Shown here in pieces: positions 20,601-30,429 of a stretch of 64,000 nt of DNA; position 1 is the first letter of the stretch, and each line of letters begins with the position of its first letter. A program made the translations under genes and the position numbers. The notes under the pieces were generated by a model, which saw nothing but the letters and a program-made list of their open reading frames with translations, did not search any database and was not told where the DNA came from. This DNA comes from a plasmid: the sequence record AP029160.1. One strand, 5' to 3'.

Positions 20601-23600
20601 TAGATTCTTTATCTGAAAAATCATCTTCATTTGCAATACAAATTACTTTTGCACCAGACTTTTCAGCCAATTCAAATAATCTTGATGATGTAGAAGATAT
20701 ATTTTTCCCTAAATCTTTTAAGATAATGATTGTATCTTTTGATAATTTAGTTCTTTTCTCTTCAATGCTTTCAACAAGCTTGCGAACATGTAACTCTTTT
20801 CCATCATTCAATTTAAAACCATTAACTCGTCCTGCATAACTATGGATTACCTGGTATGCACTATTTTCATATAAATCTTTTGTATGATTTAAAACAATAG
20901 ATAGGTCATCGTAAGCAAGATTTGATATAAATTTTACTCCCCCTTCATCACAGGTAAAATGAAGCAATGCAGCAGCTTGATTATTTGATAGATTTTCGCT
21001 TTCAATTCTCCTCATCACTCGCTCAAAACTTAAAATACTCTCCTTTTCATTTTTTCTTAAAATGGAATGTTGTAAAATATTCGCTTCTTCATTGTCTAAA
21101 TTCTGATAACAAAACAGCATTTTTCCATAACGATCATAAGTTAAAAACTTTAAATCCTCATGAACTAAAAGCTTTGTCATTAATGTATCTATTTTAGATA
21201 ATTCTATATTTCCTTTTGCTTCACTCAATAATGACTGATATAAAATAGTCTCATCAAATATCTGCAAATCATGTGAACTTTTAAATAGAGCATTTTGGAC
21301 AATTTCTTCATCTGATAGACAATTCTTAATTTCTTTAGTTTCATTGGGAATATCTGTTACAATATGTTCAAAATTTAGAATGTGTTCCTTTTCATTTTTA
21401 GAAATGAAAGTAGATTTTTCTAAAAATTGCTTTAATTCGAATGGAGATAAAAATTTATCACATTTTAATTTTGAAATATTTTTTTCGAAATGCTCTGCAA
21501 ATAAAGCATGGACATGATCATTACGTTCATGGATGCGTAAAATTTCAGATTCATTGGAAATACTAACTTTGAGCTCTTTTGTAAGTGATTCAGCCAATAT
21601 AGTTTCATAAAGATTTTTAATTATCTTTTGATTTTCAATAAATGAAAACTGATTCAAAGAAACTTCAGTTTTATCATTTAAGACAATATTCTTAAAACTC
21701 AAATCTGAATGAATATATTGAATTTGTGACAACTCTGGATTTTTTTCAAATATTGTATCTTTTGAATTTAAATCAAATTGAAATTGTCCATCTATCTTTA
21801 GATAGTTCTTAAAATGTTCTAAAGCTTGTCTAATCGAATCCTCATGAATTTTTAAAATTTTATCTCTTATTTCTTTCGTGGAAGTAAAATAATAAGCTGA
21901 GACATCACTTGGGGCTGCAATAGATAAAACCATTTGATTTCCATCTTTTGCTAAGACAAGATTTTTTTGATGTTTATCGTAAAAATCCATTTTATTGCTT
22001 TTTTGTATATACTTTCTTTCTTTTTGCTCCTTTATTATTTCTGTTGCTGTTAAATTTGATTTGCTTTTAAGGAGGGATTTTTCAATCGCATCTTTTGATT
22101 CGGCAAATATTTTTAACGAATGTGTGGAACGGGTAAAAACAGTGTAAATTTCCTCATGACCACAATAACTTTCAATCAGTCCAATCGTATTCTTCTTTGT
22201 AGCCCCCTGACTTGCATTAAAAGTCACCGCCCATGAATGAGACATAAAATTTAAACTGTCTAAATGAATCGTGTCTTCTGTGCCTCGTTCATACTTGATT
22301 TTAGCCGTTCTTGCTTCGTGATTAATTTCAGTAATTTTAAACATTTGTTTATTTAAACGCCCTCTATCTTTGCTATTTTTCCTCCATGACATCCAGTCAT
22401 TTTCTGCAATATTTATTTTTTGCGCTTTGAATTGAAAAATATCTTTCACATGCTCTGGTTTAACAGTAAATTTATTGCCATTTGAATCACTAACTGTAAT
22501 CGTATTGTTTATCGTATCTCTCTCTTGAATAAGATAACTCTCATTTGCTCTTAATGCTGTATTTGGATTTTCAGTGACGACAATATTTCCAATTTCGTAA
22601 TTTAGAGCATATTTTAGTTGTTTTTTACTAACTGAAACAGGAATATAAGTAGTAACTTCAGTCTGATTTTTTAAATATCCTCTTTCTAATAATCCACTTC
22701 GAATTCCATTTGTGATTTCATGAATAGAATTGTGTGTTTTAGCGACTATCAATGACTTATTCATTTCACTTTCGCTAAGAGACAAAAAATATTTGACTGC
22801 ATTTTGAATACGCCCTTCTTCTGTCTTAAATTCTTCAATTGAATTTTTAAAATGAAATACTGCTTTTTGTGCTAATTCTTTTGCCGTATTTTTATAATAA
22901 ACTGAATCTAGTTTTTGCAGATCAAACGCATTTAAATATTTAACCCCTTGAGCTAAATTTCTATTCTTTTGCCGTACGGATTCATCAAGACGAACTGTTT
23001 TGATATTCGTATAACGACTCACAAATTTTAAAAAGTGACCGGACGAAGGAGCTGATAATTGAGATATTCCTCCTACAATTATCATCCTAGCATTTTCAGC
23101 ATCAGCTCTTTTTGCAAGCTCATACCCTAATTTTGCATTGATTAAACCTGACTCATCAATTATCCATAACTTTTTAGAGTTTTGGGGGTTATCTTCTTTA
23201 ATTTTTGAAAGTACGAGACTATCAATGGTCTGAGCATTGATTCCTGTTTCGGAAGATAAAATAGATGCTGCATCCCCATTTTGAGCAAATCCGCGAACAT
23301 CATAACCAACTTTTTTTGCTTCATCGATGACAGTTTTGAGCGAGTAGGTCTTCCCTGCTCCTGCCACACCTTCCCAAATTAAATGTCTATCCTCAGATAA
23401 AAGAGTTTCTTCAATTGCATTTTTTTGTCCATTATTAAGTCCAGAAGATCTGCTGATACTTGCAATAAGATCGGTGATCAAAGCGTCTTTCTCAATTTTT
23501 TTCAGTTTTAAGTTTGAAACAATATCGAAGACCTCCTCATTCAATGATTGGATTTCATAAGAGGACAATCGAATATGAGGAGGAATTTTTTCTTCAATCA

Positions 23601-25200
23601 ATGATATGATGTTTTCTTTATTAGAAAGTTCATATTTACCTAAAATATCTTTTACTTCATGTAAAATTTTATTTTTATCTTCTAAACTAAATTTATTTTT
23701 TTCTTCAAACAATTCTTTAATTTTATCTTTATCAAGAATTCTTTCAAAGTTACCGCCTTTTTGCAAAATTTCTGCTGTTTTTTCTTCAATTTCTAATGAC
23801 TCCTTTGTAAGGTATTTCACCCCTTTTTCAACTTTAACAGTAATAAGATCTTTTTCAATTTGACTATTCAATGGATTCATCAATTCATCAAAACCATATT
23901 TCCCAAAATTATTTTGAATGTGATTCATCTTTGCGGTTTCAACATGAAATAGGACATTTCTATCGCTGGCTTGACTAAAAGAATCTTGAACAGATTCCAT
24001 TAATTTTTTATTTTTATATTCTTCTGTATAATTTAACTCCTTATCATTTGTATTAACTTTATGATTTCTATCATATTCAAAAGCTGATTCTTCTCTTATC
24101 CATCTTTTTTTCTCTTCAGCGTGATCTATTTTTTCACTTTTTTTTGCACGCTCGACTTTGACAAGATTCCTGGCAGATTTTTGATCGGTTACTCCTAATT
24201 CATTGACGAGTTGATTCCTACGCTTAGAAAAATGTTGTTTCAATTCTTCTGGAATCCCTTTTATTTCAAATGTACCATTTGTATTAACTTCAATTTCATA
24301 GCCTAACTTTTGAATCTTATGCGCTAGTTCATTTTGATAAATCATTCCAAAATATTTAGAATAAGTTCTCAAGTCATCTGCATGCAAAGCGCGCCATTCT
24401 CCATCACCACGATTGATTAAATTAAAAATAACACAATGTGTATGAAGATGAGGATCGACTTCTCTACTCATATCATGTTCAAACGTCGCTATAATTAATT
24501 TTTTTGCATTTTCAATTTCTCTTTTTGTGTTATCACCAATTCTAGTATTAGCATATTCACTTTCAATAACATCTAACGTTTTTAAAACAGCGTCTCTGTG
24601 TGCTTGTAATATTTCTCCATCCTCACGAACTAATGCCATAATAGATACAGATTTAGGCGCATTAAAGGTAAGATCATAGCCTCCCCGTCTTTCAACAGGA
24701 CGAGTGACTTTATCTAAAGCCTGAGAAAGTAAATCAATAACCTCCTCTTTTTTCTGGCCTTTTAAATCAGAGTTTTTTAACGTATTTTTGAATGCTGCTA
24801 TACATTCATTATAATCTTTTCTTTTTAATTTTGTTGGATATCTGGTGTAATGACTTACAATTTTAAATAATTTTTCCTTTTGTTCTTTTTCTATTTCATA
24901 TTTTTCAGCAATTTTTAATATACTAAATTCCAGTACGCCACGTTCCGTTTTTGTAAGAAGGGGCTCTTGATATTTTTTTGGATCAACCGCATTTGTAGCT
25001 AATATTTTTTGCCCATCAGGAGTATATCCAAAAAGTAAATTATCAAATTGCTTAAAATCTATTTTTCCATTTAATTGTAATTCCTGCGCGGATTTTCCAT
25101 GCCATTTAGAATACTCGCAGGATTCCTCATTTGTGTAGTAATTATCTTTTTTATAGTAACTTCTTCCCATACTTAGAGAAACATTTTCAATTGAGAGCAT
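17635..25200 (-). CDS. giant multidomain conjugative relaxase: MobF/TrwC-type relaxase + SF1 helicase + DnaG-like primase + ~650-aa K/E-rich C-terminal tail
   Basis: N-terminal 'MLSIENVSLSMGRSYYKKDNYYTNE...WHGKSAQELQLNGKIDFKQFDNLLFG' parallels the TrwC N-terminus with the paired catalytic Tyr (SYY, NYY). The 3-His motif 'HDMSREVDPHLHTHCVIFN' lies near 24430-24465. Helicase Walker A 'GVAGAGKTY' lies near 23345-23371. Primase/Toprim residues 'VVEGYLDQIALHKSG' and 'LLFDTDNAGKNAAKRS' lie near 19600-20220. Confidence 0.8.
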   Translation of the reverse strand: MLSIENVSLSMGRSYYKKDNYYTNEESCEYSKWHGKSAQELQLNGKIDFKQFDNLLFGYTPDGQKILATNAVDPKKYQEPLLTKTERGVLEFSILKIAEKYEIEKEQKEKLFKIVSHYTRYPTKLKRKDYNECIAAFKNTLKNSDLKGQKKEEVIDLLSQALDKVTRPVERRGGYDLTFNAPKSVSIMALVREDGEILQAHRDAVLKTLDVIESEYANTRIGDNTKREIENAKKLIIATFEHDMSREVDPHLHTHCVIFNLINRGDGEWRALHADDLRTYSKYFGMIYQNELAHKIQKLGYEIEVNTNGTFEIKGIPEELKQHFSKRRNQLVNELGVTDQKSARNLVKVERAKKSEKIDHAEEKKRWIREESAFEYDRNHKVNTNDKELNYTEEYKNKKLMESVQDSFSQASDRNVLFHVETAKMNHIQNNFGKYGFDELMNPLNSQIEKDLITVKVEKGVKYLTKESLEIEEKTAEILQKGGNFERILDKDKIKELFEEKNKFSLEDKNKILHEVKDILGKYELSNKENIISLIEEKIPPHIRLSSYEIQSLNEEVFDIVSNLKLKKIEKDALITDLIASISRSSGLNNGQKNAIEETLLSEDRHLIWEGVAGAGKTYSLKTVIDEAKKVGYDVRGFAQNGDAASILSSETGINAQTIDSLVLSKIKEDNPQNSKKLWIIDESGLINAKLGYELAKRADAENARMIIVGGISQLSAPSSGHFLKFVSRYTNIKTVRLDESVRQKNRNLAQGVKYLNAFDLQKLDSVYYKNTAKELAQKAVFHFKNSIEEFKTEEGRIQNAVKYFLSLSESEMNKSLIVAKTHNSIHEITNGIRSGLLERGYLKNQTEVTTYIPVSVSKKQLKYALNYEIGNIVVTENPNTALRANESYLIQERDTINNTITVSDSNGNKFTVKPEHVKDIFQFKAQKINIAENDWMSWRKNSKDRGRLNKQMFKITEINHEARTAKIKYERGTEDTIHLDSLNFMSHSWAVTFNASQGATKKNTIGLIESYCGHEEIYTVFTRSTHSLKIFAESKDAIEKSLLKSKSNLTATEIIKEQKERKYIQKSNKMDFYDKHQKNLVLAKDGNQMVLSIAAPSDVSAYYFTSTKEIRDKILKIHEDSIRQALEHFKNYLKIDGQFQFDLNSKDTIFEKNPELSQIQYIHSDLSFKNIVLNDKTEVSLNQFSFIENQKIIKNLYETILAESLTKELKVSISNESEILRIHERNDHVHALFAEHFEKNISKLKCDKFLSPFELKQFLEKSTFISKNEKEHILNFEHIVTDIPNETKEIKNCLSDEEIVQNALFKSSHDLQIFDETILYQSLLSEAKGNIELSKIDTLMTKLLVHEDLKFLTYDRYGKMLFCYQNLDNEEANILQHSILRKNEKESILSFERVMRRIESENLSNNQAAALLHFTCDEGGVKFISNLAYDDLSIVLNHTKDLYENSAYQVIHSYAGRVNGFKLNDGKELHVRKLVESIEEKRTKLSKDTIIILKDLGKNISSTSSRLFELAEKSGAKVICIANEDDFSDKESKRFLKDLKRTSGVNLKARYKGYEKQRAVYQKYEIKLNRDPEIVNSIEEETTLSSSQSIEESIIINTHEEGQEIPNEFHFDMEEGFSNEFELPPPDLFEHLPTEENITINKLSEDNIEKERLLNIMEKVQEFYVENLFSENGKEALEYLLQRGLTLDEIREYKFGLSHSYGLEQFAKKNGISQKDLIKLSLVSLNQNNSSYDFYRNRIMIPINNSDGKCVGFGGRIYRDIEIKKGVSKYINPKTTQIFNKSTILFGLDKAKESIQSAGEAIVVEGYLDQIALHKSGVKNVVAVLGTALTKEHLNELKSYTNEVTLLFDTDNAGKNAAKRSFFLASGNDIELNYTNISTKDPDEYLRSHSIDELKSELSKNKVPLDHFVSFTYETDEVNFQNIENWKKEVLPKIMLNKDPFERNLAIKTGSQALKVPISYLLTEKQLKFVPDYFLNDEEKKLKNKILNVNSEIKEKKKFENNKISKSRVTNLIEKSELRKAILVEMKNKYSKENFTEEEILKFISENKDLVQSLETMIGYNIEYAKQYYQFVEGKDSNLIQMYKKMCSEFINNTPQKINEILSKQIEEKARGTENSAFIHYEKLKNECESVSKDNFIEIFSLEKGKRNFELYKFINSEFANLKEHKNISALDKKENILLDTISLEKFESYLLNNRLSKAYEYEGTKKFELSQKIRELQNTDLEIKSGFEKLENILPYQREKLLTEIIDNLANNTVNKSFSEEENIKLIESKFLEFTKNLENNKEFRSEIAKSIEQKFVKYKYEYDEKMQLNIERNNKSIKSHLDLRLETKHFEKDVKNCLYQKIGDMSKVNEIFKDARKLLIKESKFIERNQQNDYESYFSFARKNENKTVEHILKDIDLPKMKPSLGTELSKNEIKVENGPECDLTSKNEFNQSYKPIDILCNKIGIENEIIKSEYRFKDMNIDDYKENKFDISEEFSNNIFENEITSSRNISFEIDDIEFEKGKELKIERKQNISLDL

Positions 25201-25261
25201 ATTTAAAACCCTTTATCATAACTAATTTTTGTATTTTAATTTTTGTAGTAAATAAAAAAGT

Positions 25262-25282
25262 AGGTGCTAAAAGGATTTTAGC
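25262..25282 (-). terminator. perfect hairpin GTGCTAAAA-gga-TTTTAGCAC followed on the minus strand by a T run; terminator after the coupling-protein gene, or alternatively an oriT-associated inverted repeat
   Basis: Read directly from the sequence between the T4CP stop (25288) and the relaxase start (25200). Confidence 0.4.
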
Positions 25283-25287
25283 ACTTT

Positions 25288-27669
25288 TTAATGCAAATTA
25301 ATGGTATTCTCATTTTCTTCTTGAGTGTGAATTTGTTCTTTCTCGTCTTTGCCTATATCTTGTAGAGGAGATTTAAAATAAATTGGAATGGATTTAAACT
25401 GTATTTCTTCCTCTTCTTTAGGTTGATGAATCTCATTGTTTAGTTCTTCTTTTGAATTTTGGTTACTTATCCTCAAATTTGGATTTCCTAATCCTCCTTC
25501 CTTTTCTTCATTTGTTTTATTCTGATTTTTTAAACTATATTGAACAATATCCTTCTTATCATTTTTTGAATTTGATTCGATTTCATCCATACTAATTTTT
25601 GGAAATTGAATCGTAAATTCAATAGAATCATAGTTTACGTGAATTAACTTTGTTTTTTCGTTAATATACAAAGCATATAATGTTTCGCTAATTTTTGTTT
25701 TGATTGATTTTGTCGCTCCAAACTTTTCTAATATTTCTTTTGCAACTAGATCAAGATTTTCTTTATCGATAGGCTTTTTCAAATAAATTTTTACAGCACT
25801 ATCAATTAAAGACTTTAATGAAGCTGAAAACTCTTGTAGTTGAGATTTTTGAAGTTCATTTTCAAGGTTAGATATCTTTTCTTGTTTTTCCTTTTCCTTG
25901 TTTGCTATCATCTCTTTTGACTCATAGGGTTTTAAATCAACAAAATCTAACCATGTTTTTTCAGTCACGAATGAAATGCAGCCTTCGTTTTTCTTTTGTA
26001 GGGAAGCATATTTGAAGATAACTTTAGTAGGGTTAAAGCGCGCTAGCTTAAGAAATGCATGATTGTCTTTTAGAGCTTGAATTTGAGAAGGAGTCACACT
26101 GTCTACTTGTCTAATTCGCTGTGATAAATTTGTATGCGCATGCCCTCCTACTGAAGTGGATGAGTCTAGCTCTATAATTTCAGATCGTCCCATCCGTTCG
26201 CTAAATATCTCAGCTTCTTTTCTACTATTTGACGCAAACACGATAATGTTTTGCAATCCCTGGAAAATGCTTTGAGCCATCTCACGGCCATAAATAATTT
26301 CAAGCTGATGGTACGATTGAAAACCGATAACCATTTTTGTTTTAAATCTTCTTCCTTTATCAAATACAAGTGGAAGAGTTGGAAGGTTACCAACCGTTGA
26401 AATTTCATCGCAATAAAGGCTAATCCTCTTTAAATTTTCTTTATTAATATCACGATTAAAACTCGCTGACGTAACTATATCGAACCATAGTCTATGCAAT
26501 GGCTTTGCATCTTCCAAATTAATGGAATCATCAATTATAAAAATCCACGAATCATCATCATTATTATTTACCCAGTTTGTGAGAGAAAATTCTTCTAATT
26601 TTATATTCTCTTCTTTTTCTCTTTCATAGACATGATGATTGAGATATTTTATAAAATTAACATTCATGAAAGCTGAAGCAATTACACCAGCGCTTTGTCC
26701 ACTGGCTTTTTTTCCTAGATACTGTTTTGAAAGTTCTTTATTATCAAGTAATAAATTATATAAATCTTCTTCTGAATAGTTAACAATTTGCCAGAGCTCT
26801 TCTTGCGTTTTTGCAATGCGAAGAGCTGCTGCCATCACTTCACGGCCAGTTTTATCAAAGAATTTGTTACTATTTGAGGATTCTTTAATTTCAATTAATG
26901 CATTAGCTAGAAATTTTGGGGGCAGATTTTCACACCAAAAAGACCATTTTTCTGCTCTCTTATCGTAGAGGGACATAATATGATCCCCTTTTTTGCCATG
27001 CTTTGCAAAAAATTCACCTCTTGGATCAATAATTAAAACTTTATTCCCAAATTTACGTTCTTGCACTAATTGCTCATCCATTGCATTTGTTTTACCTGTC
27101 GCAGAAGCGCCGCACATCCCAAAATGTAAACTTGCTATTTTATCAGGAATTTGAATTTTAGAAGTTGAGATTTTTAGATCATGATCTGTAAATTCTATAT
27201 CATTTCCCTTATTTCTTACATCTGCTTTAATTTCATTTTTTAACTCATCAGGATCTACATATTTTAACTCATCATTTCGTTCTGTTTTTCCTTGTTTAAA
27301 CTCAAATCCAATTTTTTTTGTAATATAAATTGCTCCAATTAAGCATAAAGTAAATCCTATGAAAAAATTTAAGATAAACAAATCTGTTTTATTTTTATTT
27401 TGCTCCCAATATTCAGAAATGATTAAATATTTATTCTTATCTTCAATTGTTGGGTTCAAAAAATCAATTTGAGAATTTAAGTAAAACGTTATCTTTTTCC
27501 AAACCAAATCTAAATACCATGATATTCCACCCTCAAAATTTAAATGAATCATTAAAAATGTAAGTAAAAATCCACCAATGATCGCAATTAATAAATATGT
27601 AAGAAATTCTTTAAAAAATTTATTCATGAAATTAGAAGTAATTTGTAATCCATAATTAGAACTTTTCAT
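25288..27669 (-). CDS. virD4: type IV coupling protein (VirD4/TraD/TraG family)
   Basis: Two N-terminal TM helices. Walker A 'GMCGASATGKTNAMD'. 793 aa. Sits directly upstream of the relaxase. Confidence 0.7.
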   Translation of the reverse strand: MKSSNYGLQITSNFMNKFFKEFLTYLLIAIIGGFLLTFLMIHLNFEGGISWYLDLVWKKITFYLNSQIDFLNPTIEDKNKYLIISEYWEQNKNKTDLFILNFFIGFTLCLIGAIYITKKIGFEFKQGKTERNDELKYVDPDELKNEIKADVRNKGNDIEFTDHDLKISTSKIQIPDKIASLHFGMCGASATGKTNAMDEQLVQERKFGNKVLIIDPRGEFFAKHGKKGDHIMSLYDKRAEKWSFWCENLPPKFLANALIEIKESSNSNKFFDKTGREVMAAALRIAKTQEELWQIVNYSEEDLYNLLLDNKELSKQYLGKKASGQSAGVIASAFMNVNFIKYLNHHVYEREKEENIKLEEFSLTNWVNNNDDDSWIFIIDDSINLEDAKPLHRLWFDIVTSASFNRDINKENLKRISLYCDEISTVGNLPTLPLVFDKGRRFKTKMVIGFQSYHQLEIIYGREMAQSIFQGLQNIIVFASNSRKEAEIFSERMGRSEIIELDSSTSVGGHAHTNLSQRIRQVDSVTPSQIQALKDNHAFLKLARFNPTKVIFKYASLQKKNEGCISFVTEKTWLDFVDLKPYESKEMIANKEKEKQEKISNLENELQKSQLQEFSASLKSLIDSAVKIYLKKPIDKENLDLVAKEILEKFGATKSIKTKISETLYALYINEKTKLIHVNYDSIEFTIQFPKISMDEIESNSKNDKKDIVQYSLKNQNKTNEEKEGGLGNPNLRISNQNSKEELNNEIHQPKEEEEIQFKSIPIYFKSPLQDIGKDEKEQIHTQEENENTINLH

Positions 27670-27737
27670 TTATTTTCCTTTCTATAAAGCCCTTTGATAA
27701 ATATCAAAGGGGATATTTTTTTAAAACTAAATCATAT

Positions 27738-28049
27738 TTAAAAATGTTTTCTTAAATATTTAGTTCCTAATAATGATATAAAAAAACAAAATAATAACTT
27801 TGGAGTCGTATTTAACAATGCAGAAAGGTCTAACTTTGGTAAGAAATTAGGATTATTATAGTGATTAACGGTTATATAAAAAATACATAGAGAAATCACT
27901 CCAATAAATATATATAGTAACACTTCTAATATCTCTAATGAAATATGAAATACTGATCTTATGAATTTTTCTGACTCCGTATTTATTTTATTGAATATTT
28001 CAAAAATTATTTTACGCTTTTGAGATGATTTTTCTAAATTTGTATACAT
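27738..28049 (-). CDS. small membrane protein
   Basis: Hydrophobic 'VLLYIFIGVISLCIFYITV'. Between the VirB1-like gene and the T4CP gene. Confidence 0.3.
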   Translation of the reverse strand: MYTNLEKSSQKRKIIFEIFNKINTESEKFIRSVFHISLEILEVLLYIFIGVISLCIFYITVNHYNNPNFLPKLDLSALLNTTPKLLFCFFISLLGTKYLRKHF

Positions 28050-28143
28050 GCTCTTATATCCTTTATATTTAGATTTTTTATTAAATATTTTAGATTTTAA
28101 AATGTGAGATAATTCTTTTAATATTAAATTTTACTTATAACTA

Positions 28144-28359
28144 TCAATGTTGTGAATATTTACAAATTAGTGACGCTATAATTCCTTGTGTCATCATATT
28201 TGGCAAAGGAGGAAAATTACATTTTTTTAGTATTTCTATTTGAAAATTATTATCCTTCATAAACTTATCTATGATTTTTTCTTTTTCATTCGAAGACTCT
28301 ATTGATAATTCTTTTTCAATCAACAAAACACACGAATCATAAAATTTTGAAGCAGTCAT
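28144..28359 (-). CDS. small hypothetical protein (71 aa)
   Basis: ORF only. Confidence 0.2.
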   Translation of the reverse strand: MTASKFYDSCVLLIEKELSIESSNEKEKIIDKFMKDNNFQIEILKKCNFPPLPNMMTQGIIASLICKYSQH

Positions 28360-28383
28360 TTATATCTCCATATTGAATTAATA

Positions 28384-29172
28384 TTATGAACATCTATGTG
28401 GATAGAATTGTTTATACGTTGTCCAAGCAGTAAATCCCTGTCGATAAAGCACGAGCCTTGCACATTTTGCGTTATTTCTTACGTCAAATAAGTCCTTCCG
28501 ACTCATTTGACATTGTTTCAGCCAAATATCATTTATTTGAAAAATACCTGTATCAAATGTTTTATTCCTATTAAAATTCTGAGCTCTAGGATTAAAAGAG
28601 GATTCGAGCTTAGCAATGCAATACATCACTGGAATTTCTCTTTCAGAAAATCCATGTAACTGCATAAAAGCTGAAAAAGATTTAAATAACTCAGAATTCA
28701 CTCTGATTTTCTTAACAGTATTTTTCTTGATATAATTTTCTGAATCGTATGCATTCCCTAAAAGATCTCTAACCTCAAACTTTAAATTTCCATCAATTCC
28801 TCCTATTTTTTGACCCATAAATACCTTACTATTTCTCCCAACATAAAACTTATGAATTCCTTTATAAACAGTAAAAAATCCTTCTGATTGAATTACAATA
28901 ACTCCTTCTTTTTCTAGGTAACCCGAAACAATTACTTTTCCATTAGCAGCGGCATAAACCGTTTTATCTTTAGATGAAATTAATGTATAACTTTTGAAAT
29001 CATCAGAATTAAATTTTTTCCAACCATATTTTTCTATGATTTTACCTGATATTATAGGATAAATTATATTAGGATTAAATTCAGTTCCATGTTTATAATT
29101 ATTAACAGCTAATGCTGTATTAAAATCTAATAAAAAAATTAAAATAAAAAACAAGTTTATATTTAATTTCAT
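28384..29172 (-). CDS. secreted lytic transglycosylase-like (VirB1-like) protein with an N-terminal beta-rich module
   Basis: Signal peptide 'NINLFFILIFLLDFNTALA'. The C-terminal 'FDTGIFQINDIWLKQC' resembles the SLT/lysozyme-like catalytic region. The N-terminal half ('VYAAANGKVIVSGY...VIVIQSEGFFTVYKGI') resembles an M23/lipoyl-type barrel. Confidence 0.45.
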   Translation of the reverse strand: MKLNINLFFILIFLLDFNTALAVNNYKHGTEFNPNIIYPIISGKIIEKYGWKKFNSDDFKSYTLISSKDKTVYAAANGKVIVSGYLEKEGVIVIQSEGFFTVYKGIHKFYVGRNSKVFMGQKIGGIDGNLKFEVRDLLGNAYDSENYIKKNTVKKIRVNSELFKSFSAFMQLHGFSEREIPVMYCIAKLESSFNPRAQNFNRNKTFDTGIFQINDIWLKQCQMSRKDLFDVRNNAKCARLVLYRQGFTAWTTYKQFYPHRCS

Positions 29173-29196
29173 TTTAATTTCCTAAAATTATTTTCT

Positions 29197-30429
29197 TTAA
29201 TTTGTTAGTAAATTCCAAGTTGTAGATGTGTCAACAAAAAATATTTGTACGATAGCGCCTGGTGAAATTGTTATTTCCGTTCCACTCCGATTTATACTGT
29301 CACTTAATCTTGTCGCTATTGAATTTACTGAACTCGCAAGGGCTTGCCGTACTTGATTTGCAACTGTGGGATCAACGGTAATTCCTGTTTGTGCAACTGT
29401 TGTTGTTAAAGTTCCGAGGACATATGTTGATAGAAATGTTCCTGCTGTAGCAATAAGGAGTTGCCAATTTGCTGGATCGTATATTTTACCTGAAAGTCCA
29501 TTGTCTCCCAAAATGTCTTTTACTATTGCTTTGCAAGGGACAGGTGGGGAATCATCTCTTGTATTGACGCATTTATCTATTAAAATTTCGACTCTTCTAT
29601 TGGATTTATTTAATTGAGCTTGACCTACAAACGTTACATTATTTGGAAATTTTTGTTCTGTAGATCCAAAAGCAATTAAACTTGTATCTAGTTTTTCACC
29701 ATTCGTAACTGTTAATTTGTCTGGCAGAAGTGCGTAAACTCTTGTTCCTGCTTTAAACATTTGCCCAAGCCCTGCTATTTGTTCTTTTCCTGATAAAGTC
29801 GAAAGACTTTCGGCGCTCATAGAAGCTAACCGTGCCAATTTGCTTTTTGGAATTCCTTTATTTTGAGTCTCTGTTGATACGGTTGGAATATGCGACGAAG
29901 ATGGTCCAAATTCAGCTTTTGATGGAGCATCAACTTTTCTTACAACAGCATCTTTGATTATTCCTGGAGATGAAACATAATTCACAAAATTCTGAGCATC
30001 CTTTATCTTAGAAGAATCAGTATGATTTTTTTCCCCAACTTCCCCTGCTGCTACAGGTAAATTATTTTGCTCTTCTTCAGGTGCTTTACCAGCCAAAGCG
30101 ATATCCCATGGAGATTTAGAAGATGAAGAGGGGTCTCTTCGATTCGTTGGAGTCTGTAATTGTTTATCTTTAGACTCTTTGTTTCTTGCTTCAAGCATTT
30201 GTGTTTGTGCATCTGCTACTTTAGCTTCACTTAATTCTACTGGCTTTAACGCAGAAGCCCTTAATTTTTGAGACAAAGAAGCACTCTCAGCTTCTTTATT
30301 TATTTTTTCATGTGTTTCATTTTTATCGTCTTTAGACATATTTATGATAAATGCAGAGCCAAAGACAAACACCCCTAAAGCTAATCCCATTATCTGAAAT
30401 GTATTTTTTTTATTTAGAGCCATTATCAA
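29197..30429 (-). CDS. VirB10/TrbI-like inner-membrane-to-outer-membrane bridging protein
   Basis: N-terminal TM 'IMGLALGVFVFGSAFIINM', a Pro/Ser-rich linker, then a C-terminal beta-rich domain. The position after the VirB9-like gene supports the call. Confidence 0.45.
   Translation of the reverse strand: MIMALNKKNTFQIMGLALGVFVFGSAFIINMSKDDKNETHEKINKEAESASLSQKLRASALKPVELSEAKVADAQTQMLEARNKESKDKQLQTPTNRRDPSSSSKSPWDIALAGKAPEEEQNNLPVAAGEVGEKNHTDSSKIKDAQNFVNYVSSPGIIKDAVVRKVDAPSKAEFGPSSSHIPTVSTETQNKGIPKSKLARLASMSAESLSTLSGKEQIAGLGQMFKAGTRVYALLPDKLTVTNGEKLDTSLIAFGSTEQKFPNNVTFVGQAQLNKSNRRVEILIDKCVNTRDDSPPVPCKAIVKDILGDNGLSGKIYDPANWQLLIATAGTFLSTYVLGTLTTTVAQTGITVDPTVANQVRQALASSVNSIATRLSDSINRSGTEITISPGAIVQIFFVDTSTTWNLLTN

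Noticed and set aside
18296-23863. Several 60-98-aa plus-strand ORFs (18296-18487, 19814-19996, 20543-20839, 20967-21197, 23606-23863) inside the giant relaxase gene
   Set aside because: These are antisense shadow ORFs of a long AT-rich coding region. Their translations are Phe/Leu/Ser-rich nonsense.
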